A DNA stretch of 64,000 nucleotides from Eledone cirrhosa (lineage: Eukaryota). The stretch is taken from assembly GCA_964016885.1 (NCBI GenBank), contig OZ024741.1, positions 313,720,001 through 313,784,000 of the forward strand, written 5' to 3'. Under the pieces are notes generated by a model, which saw only the letters and a program-made list of their open reading frames with translations, was not told the DNA's origin and ran no database searches. Position numbers and translations under genes: made by a program. This document shows, piece by piece, positions 1 through 12,149 of the stretch. How positions within the stretch are numbered: the first letter of the stretch is position 1; each line of letters begins with the position of its first letter.

Positions 1-1270
1 CTATTTCGAAATGATATTTGTGATCCTTTAGCTTAAATGTGGCGTTACAAGGTGTTAGAGGCTTGGTTCTATCAGATATTTTCAGTTTTTAGAATGCTAA
101 GTCCTTCTTTAATAATGCTAGTGAGTGCAGATTCTGTTGTTTGTTTGTATTTGTTGTGCAGTTCACGACGTATACAATTATTGTATGTATTAAGGCTCAT
201 GGTGTATATGCTTCATGTTTTGTCCGCTTTTACTATAATACCGTTGGTGTTGCGTAGTTCTTTTAGAAGTGTATTGATGTCGTTTTACAATTTGTTGTGA
301 TGTGTCCGTACTTTGAATTTGGTTGCACCTATCATGTTCATGATGTCGAGTTCGAAGGCATCGAGCTGGGGGTTATTTGTGGAATTTTTCCAGGATTTGA
401 ATCCGTATTTTTTCCTAGTAAATTCCTCCGTGTTATTAGCGTGTCCTTTATCGTAATGATAGGCCTTCCATCGGATTCGACGGATGAAGTCAATAATCCT
501 TGTTTGTATGTATAGGTATTTTTTTCAATGACATACCCATGTGGTGCTTTTCCATTTTAGTGCCGTGCGTTAAAGTTATTGCTCAACCTAGTGTGAGCTG
601 GGTATATGGGGTAACAAGTTATCGTTATAGGTAATCCATTTACAGGTTGTCAGTACTCTGCGTCGTGGATAGTTTTAACGTTCTGCTTTGTTTAACTCAA
701 CAAGATGTTTCCATAGTTAGGCAACGCGTTCGCGGTAATTCCTATGTAGGTTATACTTGGAGTAATAACAGTGAAAGTATGAAGTGTAACATGGTTGGTT
801 GTACATCAAGGGACTTTGTATGTTTCGAATATGACTTTTCATGTTAGCAAAAAACCACAACACAATCCTTATACGAACAACACTTACTCACCACCACCAC
901 TATCATGCTCTGCACTTACATGGTCTCACTTATTCTTATTACTTTATATTTTTCCATTTTCTTATCTTTTTTCTTATCTTTTAATTTTTACTTTTACATC
1001 TGTAACCTCTCTACCTATTATCATATATATTTTATTATTGTTGTTATTGTTTTGATTATACGCTATTTCTCTCTATATATCTTGCCTTGAGAGAATTGTT
1101 TTTGTATTATGGTGAGTTGGTCAAAGGTAAATAATATAATGGAGATCGAGTGACGAAACTTCGAACGATTATCGACCTCTAGACGCACCTGATCAATAAA
1201 GCAAGTGTCAATGCCTGAAATAAGGCCCCGTGTTGTACAGCCAAACATGTTAACCTTAATCCTTTCACTA
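1..1270 (-). mobile_element. Penelope-like element family 1: degenerate 5' ORF part, pseudo-LTR and inverted tail
   Basis: Closely similar to 33010-34100. Segment about 830-1270 is the reverse complement of part of the pLTR region at 12470-12860. Confidence 0.7.
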
Positions 1271-2044
1271 TATACACCCTAAATGCCGGTGTAAATCTTG
1301 ATCCGCTGCATATGTCGACCCATCAAATATTGTGGTGTAATTCAGGTTGAAGCCTATATACACCGGTTGATACGACACCCCAGGTATAAGCCATTACCAT
1401 CTGCCCAGCCGCAGATATTCTGGCCGTTAACAAAATGATATAACTGAAGTGTTTTATTAGTAAACAATATGCTATCACACCATCACTTGATAGGCGGAAT
1501 TTTTAAAAACCTAAATACTCCTTATCCAGTGTGTATCATTGTTACGTGGCGATATGATTTTACTTTCGACCTATTTTGTTTCGTTGGGAAACTACCGGAT
1601 ATTTTCCGAGTAGTTTACATAATTCAGTGAATCAGTATACCATTCATATTATAACTATGATATTCGTGATAATATTATAGATATATATGTGTGTATATAT
1701 GTAAGTATGTATGTATTTATCTATGTATGTGTGTGTGTATGTATGGATATATATATATATAGACAGTATATTATTGTAGAATATTGTAATATTTGGACGG
1801 ATTATATATGATATCTTTCTTATTGTATTGTTTGTTACTTTCATAATGTTATTAATATTGCATTTAATTGAACTAAAAATCCAAATATTTGTTCATAAAG
1901 GATCGATATAATCAATAAATCTACAACTTCATTTGTTTAGCACAAGACCACTTTAATCTTGAAATTTGATATAAAATTGTATCATTGATATATGTATGTA
2001 ATTAATGATATCTTCAACATTATCATATATATTGATAATTTTAG

Positions 2045-2179
2045 AATGCCGAGCAGGAAAGTTTGGTGTTGCTTGTAATGGGACCTGCCATTGTATCAAC
2101 AACACGAACTGTGACAAGCGAAATGGCACATGTTTAGATGGATGTTCTGCAGGTTATGCTGGTGTCAATTGCCAAGAAG
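2045..2179 (+). CDS. EGF-like repeat exon 1 (class A), 135 nt, phase 1-1
   Basis: ttttag|AA TGC...CAA GAA G|gtattg. Encodes (E)CRAGKFGVACNGTCHCINNTNCDKRNGTCLDGCSAGYAGVNCQE, 8 Cys with MEGF10/SREC-type spacing. Confidence 0.85.
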
Positions 2180-2255
2180 GTATTGTTACGTAATTATTAT
2201 ACACACGCACACACACATACACACACACCTACACACACAAACACACAAATATACA

Positions 2256-2304
<49 letters not shown>

Positions 2305-2309
<5 letters not shown>

Positions 2310-3603
2310 AATAATGGAGCAGCGCGTTGCAAATGGGATACATATGAAAAAGTAAGTCCTTCATCAGTGACCCTCCAACCGTCCCAGGCATTTCATCGCT
2401 TTAAGGGCCATATACCTCAGGTTGGTGCGAACAACGGCTAAAAAAGGTCGTTGGGACACGTAACTAAAGGGGACGTTAGGGTGAACAAACAAAATGGTTT
2501 AAGCAACAGAAAGTGAGAAGAAAGAGACAAGTCCCATATTTCTATGAATATAAACTCGGTGAAATCGTGAACAAGAGACAAAAGACCATCAAACCTGGTT
2601 GAAATCTCTCTCTCTCGTCTGTGACTTCACAGAACTTATGTTTACCGAATTCGTAGACCAGACCCCTTCTTCTTCCCCCGTTAGACCTATGCGAAATTCC
2701 TTCCTTGCTCACATTTCCACCAGGTTTGATGGTCTTTTGTCTCTTGTTCACGATTTCACCGAGTTTATATTCATAGAAATCTGGGACCTGTCTCTTTCTT
2801 CTCACTTTCTGTTGCTTAAACCATTTTGTTTGTTCACCCTAACGTCCTCTTTAGTTACGTGTCCCAACGACTTTTTTTAGCCGTTGTTCGCACCAACCTG
2901 AGGTATATGGCCCTTAAATCAATGAAATTCCTGGGGCGGTTGGAGGGTCACTGATGAAGGACTTACTTTTTCATATGTATTCCATTTGCAACGCGCAGCT
3001 CCATTATTATCATATTTACACATATTTTTTCCACTGCTGCCACCCGTCTGTTTCGTTCTTTGTATCTTTACCCTTTCTAGCAGTATCTCTCTCTCTGTTA
3101 GCCTCCTCCTCAACCTTCACTCATTCATTCTCTGTCACTACCTCTCCTCCTCCTCCTCTTTCCTCCTCTTTCTTCCCGCTTGACCTGTCCGATTTCTTTT
3201 CTCGCGCGCTCTTGGCCAAGCCGGTATGAATTTGTTTTCTCTCTCTCTCTCTCGTCCGTGACTTCACAGAACTTATGTTTACAGAATTCGCAGACCAGAC
3301 CCCTTCTTCCTCCCGTTAGACCTGTGCGAAATTCCTTCCTTGCTCACATTTCAACCAGGTTTGATGGTCTTTTGTCTCTTGTTCACGATTTCACCGAGTT
3401 TATATTCATAGAAATCTGGGACTTGTCTCTTTCTTCTCACTTTCTGTGACTTAAACCATTTTGTTTGTTCACCCTAACGTCCCCTTTAGTTACGTGTCCC
3501 AACGACTTTTTTTAGCCGTGTTTAGCACCAACCTGAGGTATATGGCCCTTAAAGCGATGAAATGCCTGGGACGGTTGGAGGGTCACCGATGAAGGACTTA
3601 CTT

Positions 3604-3611
<8 letters not shown>
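2305..3611. mobile_element. Non-coding element with a 635-bp unit, tandem plus inverted arrangement, inserted in (TA)n
   Basis: 2305-2605 in one orientation and 2606-3611 inverted with about 1.6 tandem copies (gaaatctggg at 2776 and 3411). A related copy lies at 44029-44729. Confidence 0.7.
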
Positions 3612-3656
<45 letters not shown>

Positions 3657-4171
3657 TATATACATAAATACAATTATATATATACCGTATATGCCGGTGT
3701 AAAAGTTGATCCACTGCATAAGTCGACCTATCAAATGTTGTGGTACAAATCCGGTTTAGACCTATATACGCAAGTTTAGACGACACCGCTGGTATAAGGG
3801 ATTACCTTCTCCCCAGCCGTAGATATGTTTGCCGTTGTTTATTTGCATAAAATAGAAAACATTAAAATAAACACTAATTCTAAAATAAAAATGCATATGA
3901 AGAAAATACAAGTTGCAAAATTTAGTTTCAGTTAACAAAATGATTTAACTGAACTCTTTTATTAGTAAACAATATCCTACCACTCCGTGACTTGATACGC
4001 GGGAATTTTAAAAACCTAAATATTCCTTATCCAATGTGTATCAGCTTAGATGGCGATATATATTTACTCTCGTCCTGTTATGTTTGGTGGGGAAATTACA
4101 GTAGTTTTTCGATAATTTAGATAATTCAGTGAATCAGTATACCATTAATATAATAATGATAATATTAATAC

Positions 4172-5310
4172 TAATAGGAATCGCTTGTGAGGAGAATGCA
4201 AGCTACGTACAGGGGTGCTGTCAGTAATGTGACAATAGAAATGGAGTTTGTGAGGAATTCCATATAAAAGTAGGAGTATATCAAGGTTCGCTCCTCAGCA
4301 CAATCTTGTTTATTATAGTTCTCCAAGCCATAACAGAGGAGTTTAAGTCTGGCTGCCCATGGAATCTTCTCTATGCTGATGATCTGGTTCTTATAGCAGA
4401 TTCAGTAGAGGAGCTAGAGAATATATTCTGTCTATGGAAACAGCAGTTGGAATCAAGAGGCCTGAGACTGAACATAGATAAAACGAAAGCGTTGATAAGT
4501 AGAAGAGAGGACAATGCTCTGATTCCATCGGGGAATTGGCCATGTTAGATATATAGGAAAGGAACTGACATAAATTCCATAAAATCTACTCAATGCTGAT
4601 CTTGGAGACACAAGAGATGTAGTGGGATAGCCGGCAAACTAACAGGTAGGGAAAACTACGTATGCAATAGAGGTACAGAGAAAGTTGGCAGTAGTACTTG
4701 CTGTGATAGACTCATGTTTCCAATGCAGGTGGGTTCTATAGAAGAGGTTATTAGCTTCCGGTACCTAGGTGATGATATAAGCAAGGTAGGAGGGTGTTCC
4801 CCGTCCATAGTATCTAGAATAAGGACGGGTTGGAAGAAGTTTTGGAGCTACTTCCCTGCGTAGAAAATGACGGTTATATGATAAATGTGTGAGATGCGGG
4901 GATGCTGCATGGTAGTTAGCAATGGACAGCAACTGCTGAAGATTTGCGACGGCTGGAGAGAAATGAAGCAAGTATGCTCCGTTGGATGTGCAATTTTAAC
5001 GTGCGTGAACGACCAAGCATAGACGAGTTGAGAAGGAAACTGGGTATAAGAGGGATAAGTTGTGGTGTGCAGGAGAGAAGTCTGAGATGGTATGGACATA
5101 TGATGTGGATGGAGGATGAGCGCTGGGTGAAGGAGTGCCAGGAAGTCCAAGTGGAGGGAAGACGCAGTAGAGGTAGACCACAAAAAACATGGGCGGAGCT
5201 GGTGAAACTCACCGAGGAGATGACCAAGGACCGTGACAAGTGGTGTGATGGTGTGCTGAGTAGGACAGGCCAACCATTGCAAGCAGGGAAAAGCGGGCGG
5301 AAAATGATAG
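4172..5310 (+). mobile_element. 5'-truncated RTE-type LINE fragment (RT C-terminal half), degenerate
   Basis: LLYADDLVL motif (ORF 4306-4548) and SLRWYGH...GRRSRGRPQKTW (ORF 4944-5378), with stops and frameshifts. Confidence 0.8.
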
Positions 5311-5629
5311 TAAATAAAAATGAATGTGGAGAAAGTACAATTTGGCAAATATACTTTTCAGTTAACAAAATGATTTAACTGAATAGTTTTATTAGTAAAC
5401 AACATGCTACCACACCATCACTTGATCCGCGGTAAATTTAAAAACCTAAATATTCCTTATCCAATGTGTATCATTATTACGTGGCGATATCATTTTACTC
5501 TCGACCTGTTTTGATTCGTGGGAAAATTACCGGAGATATTCAGATTGGTTAGATAATTCAGTGAATCATTATCCTATTCATATTATAACTATGATATTCA
5601 TGATAATATTATAGATATATATGTGTGTG

Positions 5630-5661
<32 letters not shown>

Positions 5662-6591
5662 TGTATGTATGTATGTATGTATGTATGTATGTATGTATGT
5701 ATGTATGTATGTATGTATGTATGTATGTTTTGGTTTTATAATTTTACAAAGTTTTACCAATAGAGAGAGAGTCGGTTTCTAACATAGATACAAGACTCTC
5801 TCATTAGAATTTACACATCAACTAGGTAGATATATATGTATGCATGCATGTGTATATATGTATGTTATTGTATGTGTGGATGTTTATGTTTTGAGTTGTA
5901 TGTGTGCATGTGTATATGCTTTGTATCTGTACATGTGTAAATGCAGTTATTAGAGGCAACATTTTTGGAATGTTTTATATATTTTTACTGTTCCATTAAT
6001 GGATTCTACTTGTAGTTTCCTAACTAGTTGTGTATGTGTGTATGTATGTATGTATGTATGTATGTATGTATGTATGTATGTATGTATGTATGTATTTATA
6101 TATGTATGTGTGTGTGTATGTCTGTATGTATGGATTTATATATATACATTATATAATATATATATATTTCGTATCTGAATTTGTTTAGCAAGATACTTTA
6201 TCTGAAAACGTGTGTTGAAACCGATATTGTTATGCTTTCGGAGGGTCATGTTACAAATAAGAAACACCAGTAAATTGGAGTGAAGCAACTGGTGCGTGTG
6301 TTTCTTATTGGCAACATAACCCTCCCAAAGCATAACAATATATATATATATATATATGTATGTATATATGTATATATGCGTGTGTGCGTGTGCGTATGTG
6401 TGTGTCTGGTTTTATTTACATGTAAGAATCTCGCAAACACATATCGTAGTAACTGGTAGAATATGATAATATTTGGAACGATTATATATCATTTTTTTCT
6501 GTTTAATACTGTTTGTTTCTTCCATAATGTTTTTAACATTGCATTTAACTGAATTAAAAATCCATGTATGTTTTATAGAGAATTGTTATAA

Positions 6592-7224
6592 TCTATATAT
6601 ATAAAACTGAGGATGTCTGTCTGTGTGTGTGTCTGTGAGTTTGAATCAATAAAACTCGAGAAGTACCGAACCGATTTTTTTACATGAGTTTTACTTATGT
6701 TTCAGGGAATGTTATGTACATAAAATACAACTTTGTTGTTCCGCTAGACTCGCATTAGGTGAACAAGTGCATTTTATTTCAGATTGTAGGGGTATTTTGA
6801 GGCGTTATGTTAGACCGATTTTCATGAAATTGTAAATATGTATTAGTCAGTCTCTTCTTCATACCGGGAGCAAAGAAAATCCAATTTTGTATTGCCTGGG
6901 GTCCGCATTAGGTGAGAAATTCATTTGTTCAGCCTTTTTAGGGCTTTTTTGAGGCGTTACGTCTAGCCGAATTTCTCGAAACTTCAAGGCATATTATGCA
7001 CATGAGAACAATTCATTTTCTTGATCCCCTAGGGTCCACATTAGGTTAAAACCTGTATTTTTCCTGCATCCTCGAGGAAAATCTTAAAGATTATCCAGCC
7101 ATCAGAGTATTCGGTTTATTTTCATTACATATTGTCCAGGCATGCAGTTTTTCCAGGATCAAGTCTTTTGGCGACACGCGTTCCAAAATAACTTATCCCG
7201 TGCAACGCCGGGTACCACTGCTAG
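6592..7224 (+). mobile_element. Non-autonomous Helitron, copy 1
   Basis: 5' TCTATATATATAAAA and 3' hairpin cccgtgcaacgccggg followed by CTAG. Inserted between A and T with no TSD. The empty site ataa|tattcaataaat is present in other units, e.g. near 41632. Confidence 0.85.
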
Positions 7225-7341
7225 TATTCAATAAATATACAGGTTCATTTCTTTATCACAAGACCACTTTAATCGTAAAATTTTGTATAAAATTGTATCA
7301 TTTATATCTGTATTTAATTAATGATATATTGATAGTTTTAG

Positions 7342-7476
7342 AATGCCCAGTAGGAACGTTTGGTGCTGATTGTAATGGAACCTGCCATTGTATCAACAAT
7401 ATTAACTGTGACAAGCGAAATGGAACATGTTCAGATGGATGTTCTGAAGGTTATATTGGTGTCAATTGCCAAGAAG
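7342..7476 (+). CDS. EGF-like repeat exon 2
   Basis: ttttag|...|gtatat. CPVGTFGADCNGTCHCINNINCDKRNGTCSDGCSEGYIGVNCQE. Confidence 0.85.
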
Positions 7477-7502
7477 GTATATCATAAAATTCTTCTTTAT
7501 TT

Positions 7503-7548
<46 letters not shown>

Positions 7549-7671
7549 ACATATATCTATTCATATATATTTATTCATACATAAAAAATTATATATATAC
7601 CGTATATGCCGGTGTAAAAGTTGATCGGCTGAGTGTGTCGATGATTAGTGTACACACACACACACACACAG

Positions 7672-7723
<52 letters not shown>

Positions 7724-7790
7724 AAGGTTTAGCAAATAATGAAAAAGTTTCAAAATAAATTTTAAAAAATTAACTTTACCTACTATAGTT

Positions 7791-7873
7791 ACCTTTACCG
7801 ATCGGTTTCGAATCCCAAAAATAAACGGAGACCAAACGGCCTTCGTTGCAAAGAAAGATTCTCGTCAGAAGGT
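7791..7873 (-). ncRNA. Type I hammerhead ribozyme, monomer 1
   Basis: Minus strand: acctt CTGACGA gaatct...gggattc GAAA CCGATCGG TA aaggt. Stems I, II and III pair and the core is complete with a GUA site. Confidence 0.85.
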
Positions 7874-8275
7874 TCTTTTCATTCGAAGAATATAAAATTC
7901 TTGAATTTAAATTACGAACTAGCGCTATCCAAAACTGTTCCTGAGATGAGAGTGAATGAAGTGGAATCAATTTTTTCAAGGGCCGAAGTAAAGATAGAGG
8001 CAGAGGGAGGTAGGTCAAACCGGCCGCAACTACCACTAGCAGCAGTCGGAACGACCCAATTTGTCTCTCAACAATAGAGGAGAGTAGTAATAATAGGATA
8101 TGTGTTCCTTCACGCACAAGGCGCTAAGGGACGCATGTATTGTCCAACCAAATGCCAATGTGGTTCAATGGCAGGTTAATAAATTAACGAGCCAGAACAT
8201 ATATAAACAAGGTTTAGCAAATAATGAAAAAGTTTCAAAATAAATTTTAAAAAATTAACTTTACCTACTATAGTT

Positions 8276-8358
8276 ACCTTTACCGATCGGTTTCGAATCC
8301 CAAAAATAAACGGAGACCAAACGGCCTTCGTTGCAAAGAAAGATTCTCGTCAGAAGGT
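8276..8358 (-). ncRNA. Type I hammerhead ribozyme, monomer 2
   Basis: Same motif, +485 bp. Confidence 0.85.
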
Positions 8359-8760
8359 TCTTTTCATTCGAAGAATATAAAATTCTTGAATTTAAATTAC
8401 GAACTAGCGCTATCCAAAACTGTTCCTGAGATGAGAGTGAATGAAGTGGAATCAATTTTTTCAAGGGCCGAAGTAAAGATAGAGGCAGAGGGAGGTAGGT
8501 CAAACCGGCCGCAACTATCACTAGCAGCAGTCGGAACGACCCAATTTGTCTCTCAACAATAGAGGAGAGTAGTAATAATAGGATATGTGTTCCTTCACGC
8601 ACAAGGCGCTAAGGGACGCATGTATTGTCCAACCAAATGCCAATGTGGTTCAATGGCAGGTTAATAAATTAACGAGCCAGAACATATATAAACAAGGTTT
8701 AGCAAATAATGAAAAAGTTTCAAAATAAATTTTAAAAAATTAACTTTACCTACTATAGTT

Positions 8761-8843
8761 ACCTTTACCGATCGGTTTCGAATCCCAAAAATAAACGGAG
8801 ACCAAACGGCCTTCGTTGCAAAGAAAGATTCTCGTCAGAAGGT
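8761..8843 (-). ncRNA. Type I hammerhead ribozyme, monomer 3
   Basis: Same motif, +970 bp. Confidence 0.85.
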
Positions 8844-9245
8844 TCTTTTCATTCGAAGAATATAAAATTCTTGAATTTAAATTACGAACTAGCGCTATCC
8901 AAAACTGTTCCTGAGATGAGAGTGAATGAAGTGGAATCAATTTTTTCAAGGGCCGAAGTAAAGATAGAGGCAGAGGGAGGTAGGTCAAACCGGCCGCAAC
9001 TATCACTAGCAGCAGTCGGAACGACCCAATTTGTCTCTCAACAATAGAGGAGAGTAGTAATAATAGGATATGTGTTCCTTCACGCACAAGGCGCTAAGGG
9101 ACGCATGTATTGTCCAACCAAATGCCAATGTGGTTCAATGGCAGGTTAATAAATTAACGAGCCAGAACATATATAAACAAGGTTTAGCAAATAATGAAAA
9201 AGTTTCAAAATAAATTTTAAAAAATTAACTTTACCTACTATAGTT

Positions 9246-9328
9246 ACCTTTACCGATCGGTTTCGAATCCCAAAAATAAACGGAGACCAAACGGCCTTCG
9301 TTGCAAAGAAAGATTCTCGTCAGAAGGT
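9246..9328 (-). ncRNA. Type I hammerhead ribozyme, monomer 4
   Basis: Same motif, +1455 bp. Confidence 0.85.
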
Positions 9329-10038
9329 TCTTTTCATTCGAAGAATATAAAATTCTTGAATTTAAATTACGAACTAGCGCTATCCAAAACTGTTCCTGAG
9401 ATGAGAGTGAATGAAGTGGAATCAATTTTTTCAAGGGCCGAAGTAAAGATAGAGGCAGAGGGAGGTAGGTCAAACCGGCCGCAACTATCACTAGCAGCAG
9501 TCGGAACGACCCAATTTGTCTCTCAACAATAGAGGAGAGTAGTAATAATAGGATATGTGTTCCTTCACGCACAAGGCGCTAAGGGACGCATGTATTGTCC
9601 AACCAAATGCCAATGTGGTTCAATGGCAGGTTAATAAATTAACGAGCCAGAACATATATAAACAAGGTTTAGCAAATAATGAAAAAGTTTCAAAATAAAT
9701 TTTGTTTATATATGTTCTGGCTCGTTAATTTATTAACCTGCCATTGAACCACATTGGCATTTGGTTGGACAATACATGCGTCCCTTAGCGCCTTGTGCGT
9801 GAAGGAACACATATCCTATTATTACTACTCTCCTCTATTGTTGAGAGACAAATTGGGTCGTTCCGACTGCTGCTAGTGATAGTTGCGGCCGGTTTGACCT
9901 ACCTCCCTCTGCCTCTATCTTTACTTCCGCCCTTGAAAAAATTGATTCCACTTCATTCACTCTCATCTCAGGAACAGTTTTGGATAGCGCTAGTTCGTAA
10001 TTTAAATTCAAGAATTTTATATTCTTCGAATGAAAAGA

Positions 10039-10121
10039 ACCTTCTGACGAGAATCTTTCTTTGCAACGAAGGCCGTTTGGTCTCCGTTTATTTTTGGGAT
10101 TCGAAACCGATCGGTAAAGGT
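10039..10121 (+). ncRNA. Type I hammerhead ribozyme in the inverted monomer (sense to host gene)
   Basis: acctt 10039-43, CTGACGA 10044-50, stem II gaatct/gggattc, GAAA 10103-06, CCGATCGG, T, A10116, aaggt. Predicted cleavage after 10116. Confidence 0.85.
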
Positions 10122-10884
10122 AACTATAGTAGGTAAAGTTAATTTTTTAAAATTTATTTTGAAACTTTTTCATTATTTGCTAAACCTTGTTTATATATGT
10201 TCTGGCTCGTTAATTTATTAACCTGCCATTGAACCACATTGGCATTTGGTTGGACAATACATGCGTCCCTTAGCGCCTTGTGCGTGAAGGAACACATATC
10301 CTATTATATATATATATATATATATACAGACACACACACATATATATATATATGTATATATGCATTTATATATACCGTATATGCCGGTTTAAATGTTGAT
10401 CCGCTGCATAGATCGACCCATCGAGTTTTGTGGTGTAATTCAGGTTGAGGCCTATATACGCCGGTTTAGACGACACCCCAGGTATAAAGTATTACCATTT
10501 TCTCCAGCCGTAGATATGCTTGCCGTTGTTTATTTGCAGTGTGTGTGAGTATGTGTGTGCGTGTGTGTTTATTTAAATGTAAGAATGTCGCAATTACATA
10601 TCGTAGTAACTGGTAGAATATGGTAAGATTCGGAAGGATTATATATGTTTTTTTTTCTTATAATATTGTTTATTTCTGTCATAATGTTTTTCAAATTTGC
10701 ATTTAACTGAACTAAAAATCCATGTATATTTTATAGAGGATCTATATCATTTTCATTAAATATATAAGTTCATATGTTTATCACAAGAACAATATAATCT
10801 GAAAATTTGTATGAAATTGTATCAGTGATACATGTATGTAAATAATGATATCTTCAACATTATCATATATATTGATAGTTTTAG

Positions 10885-11019
10885 AATGCCCAGAAGGATC
10901 GTTTGGTGTTGATTGTGAAGAGACCTGCCATTGTATCAACAATAGTAACTGTGACAAGCGAAATGGAACATGTTCAGATGGTTGTTCTGCAGGATTTATT
11001 GGTGTCAATTGCCAAGAAG
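10885..11019 (+). CDS. EGF-like repeat exon 3 (class C)
   Basis: ttttag|...|gtatct. CPEGSFGVDCEETCHCINNSNCDKRNGTCSDGCSAGFIGVNCQE. Confidence 0.85.
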
Positions 11020-12014
11020 GTATCTCATATAATTGTTACGTACTTACTATACACACACACACTCACGCACACACATATACACACACTTATCTATTCATAT
11101 ATATTTAATTTTATATAAAAAATTCATGTATATACCGTATATGCCGGTGTGAATGTTGATCCGCTGAATTCTCGATGATTACAGACACACACATATATAT
11201 ATATACACACACACACATATATATATATGTGTATATATACTTGTATATACATACCGCATATGCCGGTTTAAAAGTTGATCCGTTGCATACATCGACCCAT
11301 CAAATGTTGTGTAATTCAGTTTGAGGCCTATATACGCTGGTTGAGACGACACCCCCAGTTATAAGGCATTACCATCTCCCGAGCCGTAGATATGCTTGCC
11401 GTTGTTTATTTGCACAAAATATAAAATATGGAAATAAACACTAAACAGTTGTAAAATTAAAATACATGTGAGTAAACACAATTTGTAAAATTTATTTTTC
11501 ATTTAACAAAAAGATTTAACTGAACTGTTTTATTAGTAAACAAGATGCTACCACACCGTCACTTAATATGCGCCAATTTTTAAAACCTAAATATTCCTTA
11601 TCCAATGTGTATCAGCATTACATGGCGATATATTTTTTATTTCGACTTGTTTTGTTTCGCGGGGAAATCACAGCAGATTTTCCAACAGTTTCGATAATTC
11701 AGTGAATCAGTATACCATTAATCTGATAACTATGATATTCATGATAATATTATATCTATTTTGGAAGGATTATAGATGTTGTTTTTCTAATAGTATTGTT
11801 TGTTTCTTTCATAATGTTATTAATATTGCATTTAACTGAACTAAAAATCCATCTATAATTTATAGACGATCGATTTAATATTCAATATTTCTACAAGTTA
11901 ATTATTTTAACCCAAGACCACTTTAATCTTGAAATTTGCTATCAAATCGTATCATTGATGTATGTATGTAATTAATGATATCTTCAACTTTATCATATTT
12001 ATTGATATTTTTAG

Positions 12015-12149
12015 AATGCCGAGAAGGAAAGTTTGGTGTTGCTTGTAATGGGACATGCCATTGTATCAACAACATGAACTGTGACAAGCGAAATGGAGGA
12101 TGTTCAGATGGATGTTCTGCAGGTTATATTGGTGACAATTGCCAAGAAG
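12015..12149 (+). CDS. EGF-like repeat exon 4 (class D)
   Basis: tttttag|...|gtatct. CREGKFGVACNGTCHCINNMNCDKRNGGCSDGCSAGYIGDNCQE. Confidence 0.85.

Larger units (their letters stand above)
7714..10307. mobile_element. Retrozyme-like array: four 485-bp tandem monomers plus about 1.25 inverted monomers
   Basis: Exact 485-bp period with near-identical copies, inversion junction at about 9702, (TA)n on both flanks, one hammerhead per monomer. Confidence 0.85.

Noticed and set aside
2005-2193. MISSTLSYILI... ORFs read as single-exon secreted peptides
   Set aside because: The apparent leader is intron sequence ending in a canonical acceptor and is disrupted before exons 2, 6 and 10. The exact 135-nt AG/GT-bounded phase-1 structure fits internal exons better.
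3684-3775. ccgtatatgccggtgt...cctatatacgc motif in each intron unit as a conserved regulatory element
   Set aside because: Its recurrence is explained by unit duplication, and it resembles a decayed DNA-transposon end. There is no independent evidence of function.
7776-8117. 113-aa ORF repeated five times (MREGTHILLL...)
   Set aside because: GTG start, no recognisable domain, and it spans the ribozyme cleavage site. Its repetition only reflects the near-identical monomers. Translation from a circle cannot be excluded but has no support here.
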